From contig JBQTIV010000071.1 in the NCBI GenBank assembly GCA_052387775.1, forward strand, positions 1-53,734: a stretch of 53,734 nucleotides of DNA. The letters are read 5' to 3'. Source of the DNA: Betaproteobacteria bacterium (GTDB lineage Bacteria > Pseudomonadota > Gammaproteobacteria > Burkholderiales > JACQAP01). Made by a program: the position numbers and the translations under genes. Below, one piece after another: positions 46,504 through 53,734 of the stretch. Each line of letters starts with the position of its first letter. Position 1 is the first letter of the stretch. Under the pieces are notes generated by a model. The model was not told where the DNA came from. It was given only the letters and a program-made list of their open reading frames with translations, and did not search any database.

Positions 46504-47357
46504 AATCCAAAGTCCTCGTGAACCTGGTGCTGACCCTGTTGCTGACGGGTGTGGTGCTGTTCGCCTTCTTCCGCCCCAAGGAACAATCCGCTGCGGAAAT
46601 AAGACTCACACAGCTGAAGCGCGAGGACATCGACCGCATCACCGTGGAACGCCGCGGCAGCCCGACCATCCAGCTGCGAAAACGCGACGGCGCCTGGCGC
46701 ATCAGCGCGCCGCTGCATGCCCGCGCCGACCCAATCCAGGTGGATCGCCTGACCGACATTGCCGCGGCCGTGGCCAAGCACAAATTGCCGCTCGGCGAAC
46801 CCGGCCGCTATCAGCTCGATCCGCCGCAAATGAAGCTCACCCTCAACGACGAGGCCTTCGCCTTCGGGCGCGTCAATGACATCACCTACGAACAGTATGT
46901 CGCGACCGGGGGAGCGGTCTATCTGGTGGCGCCTTTTTACGGCTACGGCATACCCACCGAGGTCGCCAAGCTGGTGAGCCGCAAACTGCTCGACGACGCT
47001 GAATTGCCGGTCGCCTTCGACTTCCGACGCTACCGCATCAACCGGGATGACCGAGGCACCTGGAGCATCACGGGTGCTTACCCGGGTCAACAGGGCAAAC
47101 CACTGACACAGGACGATTTCAATCGCTGGGCCGACGAGTGGCGTTTTACCTCCAGTCTTGGCGCCGAGCCGAGCCGCCGCGTGCGCGGCGAGGACCGCCT
47201 GGTCGTGCAGTTCAAGGACGGCAGGAAGGTCACCATGGAAATCGTGCAGAAACATCCGGAGTTCGTGCTGGTGCGCGGTGACGAAAACATGCGGTACCGC
47301 TTCGGCGCCGAAGTCGGCAGACGACTGCTCGACCCCCAAGTGGTGGCCGCGAAGTAA
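46500..47357 (+). CDS. DUF4340-like membrane-anchored protein
   Basis: N-terminal TM, WRISAP..ARAD, YQLDPP; usual fourth gene of this operon type. Confidence 0.75.
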   Translation: MKSKVLVNLVLTLLLTGVVLFAFFRPKEQSAAEIRLTQLKREDIDRITVERRGSPTIQLRKRDGAWRISAPLHARADPIQVDRLTDIAAAVAKHKLPLGEPGRYQLDPPQMKLTLNDEAFAFGRVNDITYEQYVATGGAVYLVAPFYGYGIPTEVAKLVSRKLLDDAELPVAFDFRRYRINRDDRGTWSITGAYPGQQGKPLTQDDFNRWADEWRFTSSLGAEPSRRVRGEDRLVVQFKDGRKVTMEIVQKHPEFVLVRGDENMRYRFGAEVGRRLLDPQVVAAK

Positions 47358-47366
47358 ACGCGCCGC

Positions 47367-48182
47367 ATGCCCGAACTTCCCGAGGTAGAGATCACCCGCC
47401 GGGGACTCGCCCCCCACCTGATCGGCAGGCGTGTGAAGGCCGTGGCGGTGCGCAACCGTAATCTGCGCTGGCCAATTGCGCGAAACCTCGGCGCCCGCAT
47501 CAGCGGTTGTACCGTGCTCACGGTAGAGCGCCGCGCCAAATATCTGCTGATCGGCTGTGGCAGCGGTTGGCTGATCGTGCACCTTGGAATGTCGGGTAGC
47601 CTGCGGGTGCTGCAGTGCGCAACCCCCGCCGGGAAACACGATCACTTCGACCTGGTGCTCGACTCCGGGATGATCGTGCGGCTCACGGACCCGCGCCGGT
47701 TCGGCGCCGTGTTATGGACGACGCGGGATCCCAATTCCCACCCTTTGCTGGCCGATCTCGCGCCGGAACCGCTCGACGCCGGGTTCGATGCCGGCTGGCT
47801 GCACGCCAGCATCCGTAGCCGCAGTGCAGCAATCAAGACGGTACTGCTGGATAGCCATGCCGTGGCAGGCGTCGGCAACATATACGCCAGCGAGTCGCTG
47901 TTTCGTGCCGGCATCCACCCGTTGACCGCGGCGGGAAGAGTCTCTCTGCTGCGTTGCGAGCGGCTGGTGAGCGCCATCCGGGAAACGCTGACTGCGGCGA
48001 TCGAGGCCGGAGGCAGCACATTGCGCAACTTCGTCGGCGCCGAGGGCGACCCCGGACACTTTCAGCGAGCTTATTTTGTGTACGGCCGCCACGGCGAACC
48101 CTGCCGATGCTGCGGCGCGGCCATCCGGGTGCTGCGGCAGGCGCAGCGGGCGACGTTTTACTGTCCCCATTGCCAGCGCTGA
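47367..48182 (+). CDS. mutM: Formamidopyrimidine-DNA glycosylase MutM/Fpg
   Basis: MPELPEVE, HLGMSG, DPRRFG, GVGNIYASE, C4 zinc finger. Confidence 0.97.
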   Translation: MPELPEVEITRRGLAPHLIGRRVKAVAVRNRNLRWPIARNLGARISGCTVLTVERRAKYLLIGCGSGWLIVHLGMSGSLRVLQCATPAGKHDHFDLVLDSGMIVRLTDPRRFGAVLWTTRDPNSHPLLADLAPEPLDAGFDAGWLHASIRSRSAAIKTVLLDSHAVAGVGNIYASESLFRAGIHPLTAAGRVSLLRCERLVSAIRETLTAAIEAGGSTLRNFVGAEGDPGHFQRAYFVYGRHGEPCRCCGAAIRVLRQAQRATFYCPHCQR

Positions 48183-48452
48183 ACCCGATGAGCACCGGAG
48201 CCAGTCCCGACGAGCCCCGATTTCCAGCTTTCCCCTTGACTAGTCCGGAAACACCCCCGAGAATCGCCTTACCGAAGTGCGACGCTTGGCTTGCTGACAC
48301 TCCCATGCATGCGAGCCCCTGCCCCGCACATGAGGCAAAAAGGTAGTGACCGGTTCGCCCCATCGCCCCGCGACTGGTCCTGTTAATAACGATCCCGAGG
48401 CGAACTGCAGTTCCGGGGGGAAAGCAACATTCTCTTGGAGAGGAAAATCACT

Positions 48453-50195
48453 ATGAACAGCAACGCGTCTCGCTTTGCGCGCGCAGCGCTGGCGACGGTA
48501 TTTTCGGCTGGGTTGCTTGCCGGAAGTGCCTTCGCCGCGGATGTCGACCACAGGCGGCTTCTCAACGCAGACAAGGAACCGGGCAACTGGATGACCCATC
48601 ACGGCTCCTTCAAGTCCTGGCATTACAGTGGCCTCGAACAAATCAACACCGGAAACGTCGGCAAGCTGCAGGAAGCGTGGTCGCATGTAGCTTCGCGCGC
48701 CAACCGCGGCCTGCAAGGTCATGCGCTGGCGATCGACGGTATGTTGTATTACACCAGCCCGTACAACCAGGTTTATGCGCTGGACGGCGCCACCGGTCAG
48801 ATGATCTGGACTTACAAGCACAAGCTGAATGAGGATCTGGTCGCACGGCAAACACACTCGCCGTACAACCGCGGTCTCGCAGCCGGCTATGGCAATTTGT
48901 ATATGGGCACGCTCGACGGCAAACTCGCCGCAATCGACATGAGGACCGGCAAGCTGAACTGGGAAACCAAACTTGTCGATTCGGAAAAGTTGACTGTGGG
49001 CTTCACCGGCGCACCGCTGGTGGTCAAGGATAAGGTGATCATCGGCGCCCAAGGCGGTGAGTGGCCTGATCGCGGCCCGATCTTCGGCGTCAACGCCAAG
49101 ACCGGTCAGCAAGTGTGGCGGTTCTTCACCGTAGCCGGCAACGAGGGCACCTCGAGCGACCGCCGCGATACCTGGGGCGGCGATTCCTGGAAGACGGGCG
49201 GCGGCGGCGGCTGGATGGCCGGCAGCTACGATCCGGAGAACGACACGGTATGGTGGGGCACTGGTAACCCGGCGCCGTTGTATGACTGGGCTGGCGACAA
49301 GTTCATGACCGACGGTCCGCGTCCGGGCATCAACCTGTACACCTCCTCGGTGCTGCAACTGAACCCGGATACCGGCGAGCTGAAGAGCTATCACCAAGTC
49401 CTGCCACACGATGCTTGGGACTACGACCCGGCGCAGGGCGAGTTGATGATGATCGAGCGCGACGGCAAGAAATACGTCGTGCATCCGACCAAGGCTGGTT
49501 TTGTGTTCGTGTTCGACCGCAAGAGCGGCAAGCCCGTCAACGTCTACAAGGGCGTGGATGCGATCAACTTCGTCAAGGATATCAAGCCCAATGGCGAATT
49601 GGTCGGTCGCTGGGATCCGCCGGAAGGCAAGCACACCAACCTGTGCCCGGCCATTGCGGGCGGCTACAGCTGGAACGCGGGTTCGTACAGCCCGAAGACC
49701 GGCCTGCTGTACAAAGTGGGCTTCGAGTGGTGTATAGATCTCGAAATCAAGAGGACCGAACCGATCACTGAGCCTGTGGTACAGCTCAACATCGGCGCCG
49801 ACTTCACGTTCCGCGGACCGGGCTCGGATCCAATGTCCGGCCATATCCGTGCGCGTGATCCGATCACCGGCAAGGTCAAGTACGAGATCAAATACCCCGG
49901 CGCCTCACCTCACGGCGGCCTGCTGACGACAGCCGGCAATCTGCTGTTCGTACCGGAAGCCGAAGGCACGCTCGTCGCGTACAACGCGGCGGACGGCAAG
50001 AAACTGTGGAGCCACAACCTCGGCCAGGGCAGCAACGGCGGCACCATCACCTATATGGCCAGGGGCAAGCAGTATGTGGCGGTCATGACCGGCTGGGGTA
50101 GCCTGGTCGGCGACGGCTACGGCGAATGGTTTGGTGAACCCTGGAAGAGCATGCCCAAGGACTCTGGCGTGCTGAAGGTGTTTGCACTGCCTTAA
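48453..50195 (+). CDS. Periplasmic PQQ-dependent dehydrogenase (methanol/ethanol family, divergent)
   Basis: Signal peptide; W-motif propeller repeats (ALDGATGQMIW, TGKLNWE); GGE, GTGNP and WDYD metal/PQQ residues; ends VFALP. Confidence 0.92.
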   Translation: MNSNASRFARAALATVFSAGLLAGSAFAADVDHRRLLNADKEPGNWMTHHGSFKSWHYSGLEQINTGNVGKLQEAWSHVASRANRGLQGHALAIDGMLYYTSPYNQVYALDGATGQMIWTYKHKLNEDLVARQTHSPYNRGLAAGYGNLYMGTLDGKLAAIDMRTGKLNWETKLVDSEKLTVGFTGAPLVVKDKVIIGAQGGEWPDRGPIFGVNAKTGQQVWRFFTVAGNEGTSSDRRDTWGGDSWKTGGGGGWMAGSYDPENDTVWWGTGNPAPLYDWAGDKFMTDGPRPGINLYTSSVLQLNPDTGELKSYHQVLPHDAWDYDPAQGELMMIERDGKKYVVHPTKAGFVFVFDRKSGKPVNVYKGVDAINFVKDIKPNGELVGRWDPPEGKHTNLCPAIAGGYSWNAGSYSPKTGLLYKVGFEWCIDLEIKRTEPITEPVVQLNIGADFTFRGPGSDPMSGHIRARDPITGKVKYEIKYPGASPHGGLLTTAGNLLFVPEAEGTLVAYNAADGKKLWSHNLGQGSNGGTITYMARGKQYVAVMTGWGSLVGDGYGEWFGEPWKSMPKDSGVLKVFALP

Positions 50196-50231
50196 GCTGG
50201 GGCCGTAACAGTTATACTGGCCACCATCGCA

Positions 50232-50266
50232 AGAAGGGTGGGGATTCGTCCCCGCCCTTTTTTCTT
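50232..50266 (+). terminator. Intrinsic terminator between the dehydrogenase and cytochrome c genes
   Basis: AAGGGTGGGGA-TTCG-TCCCCGCCCTT-TTTTCTT. Confidence 0.85.
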
Positions 50267-50362
50267 GTAAGCGAAATTACTGTCGCAAGCGTTTACTAGT
50301 TGTTGAGTGTGCAGACAGCACGGCGGACGAGGGTCGATGCACTGCCCGAAGGAAAATTGCAA

Positions 50363-50716
50363 TTGAAAAAATTGAACACCAGTACGAGTCTGCGAAACCT
50401 GTTGGCCAGCCTGTTCGCGGCCTGTGTCATCGCCGGACCGGCGTTGGCGGGTGACGCCCCCAAAAAGGACTTTGACGTAAAGTCGGCCTTCCGCAACATC
50501 TGCGGCTTCTGCCACTCGGATTACGGGCGCCACGCCAGCAAGGGGCCGCAATTGATGAATTCCGAACGCACCGACCAGTACCTGTTCGATCGGATCAAGA
50601 ACGGACTGCCGGGTCGCATGGCCGCCTTTGGGAGCATCTACACCGACGAGCAGATCTGGACGATCGTAAAATTCATTCGCAGTCTCAAACCCGGCGTCGA
50701 GCCGAAGAATCCATGA
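50363..50716 (+). CDS. Small monoheme class I cytochrome c
   Basis: Signal peptide, CGFCH, distal Met in GRMAAFG. Start approximate (TTG). Confidence 0.88.
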   Translation: MKKLNTSTSLRNLLASLFAACVIAGPALAGDAPKKDFDVKSAFRNICGFCHSDYGRHASKGPQLMNSERTDQYLFDRIKNGLPGRMAAFGSIYTDEQIWTIVKFIRSLKPGVEPKNP

Positions 50717-51516
50717 ACCCATTTATGAATATGTTCCGCATACGTATCGGGCTTGTAGTGGTGTGCGCGTGTACCGCGTTGTGGCTATCCGCCGTGCAAA
50801 ACGCCGACGCCCGCACGCTTGCCGAAGTGAAATCGCTCGGCGCCATATCCATGTGCGCCAATCGCGACGCGCTCCCCTATGCCAGCAATAATCCGGAAAC
50901 GCCGGGATTCCAGATCGAAATCGGACGCGCTATTGCCGAAGGCCTGGGCGTGCCGCTGAATGTTGAGTGGATCCTGCCGCGACGGCGCGCCAATGTCGTC
51001 AATTGCGACATGTTGCTCGATAGCATCAATGACCCGGCTATCCAGGAAAACCGGCTGCGCCTGTCGCGTCCTTACCAGAAATCGGGGATCGCGCTCGGTC
51101 TTGGACGGGATGCCGAGCCTATCAGCGACTTCAAGGAACTGAAAAAGGACCAGAAAATCGGCGCTATGGTCAGTTCCGTTGCCAAGATGGTGCTCATCAA
51201 GGCCGGCAAGGCGACCTCGCCCTATGCTTTCCAGACCGATTTGGTGGAGGATCTGGCGAAGGGCGAGCTGTACGGGGCCGCGGTATCGATGGCAACCATG
51301 AGCTACTACATTTACCAGCACCCGGATTCCGGGCTGCGGCTGGTGAATGCCTTCGACAGCGAGCCCGAGCTGACCTGGGAAGTTTCCGTGGGTCTGCGCA
51401 AGTCGGACCAGGCACTTACGGATGCCGTAAACGAGGTGCTCGAAAAAATGCTGGCCGACGGCAGCATTACCCGCATCTACGCCAAGTACGGCGTCGAACA
51501 TCGCCGTCCGCACTAG
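50713..51516 (+). CDS. Quinoprotein-associated periplasmic binding protein (MxaJ/XoxJ-like, SBP family 3)
   Basis: MCAN..ALPYAS...PGFQIEIGRAIA, SRPYQKS, VGLRK, IYAKYG. Confidence 0.8.
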   Translation: MNPFMNMFRIRIGLVVVCACTALWLSAVQNADARTLAEVKSLGAISMCANRDALPYASNNPETPGFQIEIGRAIAEGLGVPLNVEWILPRRRANVVNCDMLLDSINDPAIQENRLRLSRPYQKSGIALGLGRDAEPISDFKELKKDQKIGAMVSSVAKMVLIKAGKATSPYAFQTDLVEDLAKGELYGAAVSMATMSYYIYQHPDSGLRLVNAFDSEPELTWEVSVGLRKSDQALTDAVNEVLEKMLADGSITRIYAKYGVEHRRPH

Positions 51517-51561
51517 GGAAGCTCTGATCAGAGCTTCCCCAAGCCGCCCGCTTCGCCGCGG

Positions 51562-52875
<1,314 letters not shown>

Positions 52876-52889
52876 CGGGCCTGTATGGG

Positions 52890-53734
52890 TCAGGGGCCTG
52901 CCGAGGCAGCGACCACCACGGTAACCATGCGTGCAGGGTCGATACGCCGGCGCCAGGCGTCTTTCACCTCGGCCAGCGTCACCGCGTCGATCCTCGCCGG
53001 AAAATCTTCCAGATAACTTGGCGGCAGGCGGTAGAAGCCGATCAGCGACAAGTACTCGAGGATTTTCCGGTTGCTGTCGATGCGCAAAGGGAAGCCGCCG
53101 ACGATGTTGCGTTTCGCGGCTTCCAATTCCTGCTGCGTCGGACCGTCTGCGAAAAATTTCGCCAGCGTGTCGCGCGCCACTTTGAGGGTTTCCCCGGCCT
53201 GATCTTTCCTGGTCTGCAGGCCGACCTGGAACGGTCCCTGCTGTGCAAGCGGGCTGAAGTAACTGTATGCACTGTAGGCAAGACCGCGTTTCTGGCGGAT
53301 TTCTTCGTTGAGGCGGGAGGAGAATCCGCCGCCACCGAGCACGTAATTGCCCACCCACAGCGGAAAGTAATCGGGATCGAGGTGTCTGATCCCCGGCTGG
53401 CCGATGAGGATATGCGCCTGCGTGGCTTGGTGCGCAATCGAGCTCGTCTGTTCCCTGGCTAGGCGCGCCACCGGCGGCAGAGGCGGCAGCGGCGCCGCCG
53501 CGTTCAACCCCGAAGTCAACTGCTCGGCGATGGCGCGCGCCTGATCGTGGTTGAGGTCGCCGATGATGGAAACCACCGCATTTCTGGCGGAAAAATGGCG
53601 GAGGTAGAAACCCACCATATCGTCGCGGGTGAGCCCTGCGACCGTGTCGATTTCTCCCGGACCGCGCAACGAATAGGGATGGCCCGCAAAAAGCAGCCGC
53701 TTGAACTCGCGGTCGGCAATCGTCTCGGGTTTGG
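52890..53734 (-). CDS. M16 family peptidase-like protein, C-terminal part (starts beyond window end)
   Basis: HPY, VLGGGGFSSRL.EEIRQKRGLAYS; conserved position upstream of rsmD. Confidence 0.9.
   Translation of the reverse strand, partial: KPETIADREFKRLLFAGHPYSLRGPGEIDTVAGLTRDDMVGFYLRHFSARNAVVSIIGDLNHDQARAIAEQLTSGLNAAAPLPPLPPVARLAREQTSSIAHQATQAHILIGQPGIRHLDPDYFPLWVGNYVLGGGGFSSRLNEEIRQKRGLAYSAYSYFSPLAQQGPFQVGLQTRKDQAGETLKVARDTLAKFFADGPTQQELEAAKRNIVGGFPLRIDSNRKILEYLSLIGFYRLPPSYLEDFPARIDAVTLAEVKDAWRRRIDPARMVTVVVAASAGP

Noticed and set aside
43452-47357. Gliding motility system
   Set aside because: GldA/F/G-like ABC operons are widespread outside Bacteroidota, and no gliding or T9SS genes are present.
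48453-50195. Calling the enzyme xoxF, mxaF, exaA or pedH
   Set aside because: It lacks the vicinal Cys-Cys and differs around the active-site motifs, so the substrate cannot be assigned from sequence.

Overview
GC-rich chromosomal window whose gene order and proteins look betaproteobacterial. Most of it is core genome: thiS-thiG-trmB, rph-rdgB-(yqjD/E/K)-hemW, yicC-gmk-rpoZ-spoT, yebC-ruvCAB-ybgC-tolQRAB-pal-cpoB, TPR-lolB-ispE-tRNA-Gln-prs-rplY-pth-ychF, a GldA/F/G-type ABC operon with mutM, and M16 peptidase-rsmD-coaD-ferredoxin. Accessory content: (1) the 5' part of a large Ig/DUF11-like repeat protein (missing from the ORF track because it runs off the window), preceded by a c-di-GMP-I riboswitch with an overlapping terminator (predicted ON switch) and divergent from a PrtD/PrtE type I secretion pair; (2) four toxin-antitoxin loci, none with an intact toxin, one bracketed by ~80-bp direct repeats and two lying between two tRNA-Lys genes; (3) a PQQ dehydrogenase-cytochrome c-XoxJ-like cluster with a D-x-D lanthanide-type motif but no vicinal Cys-Cys; (4) three small orphan exported or membrane genes, two with sigma-54 promoters; (5) about ten intergenic arrays of 7/8/9-nt tandem repeats, often arranged as inverted pairs, whose stop-codon-rich strand follows gene ends. 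pth has no canonical start codon, and several conserved residues carry single-base substitutions, so some lesions may be sequencing errors. All calls come from reading the sequence; no searches were run.
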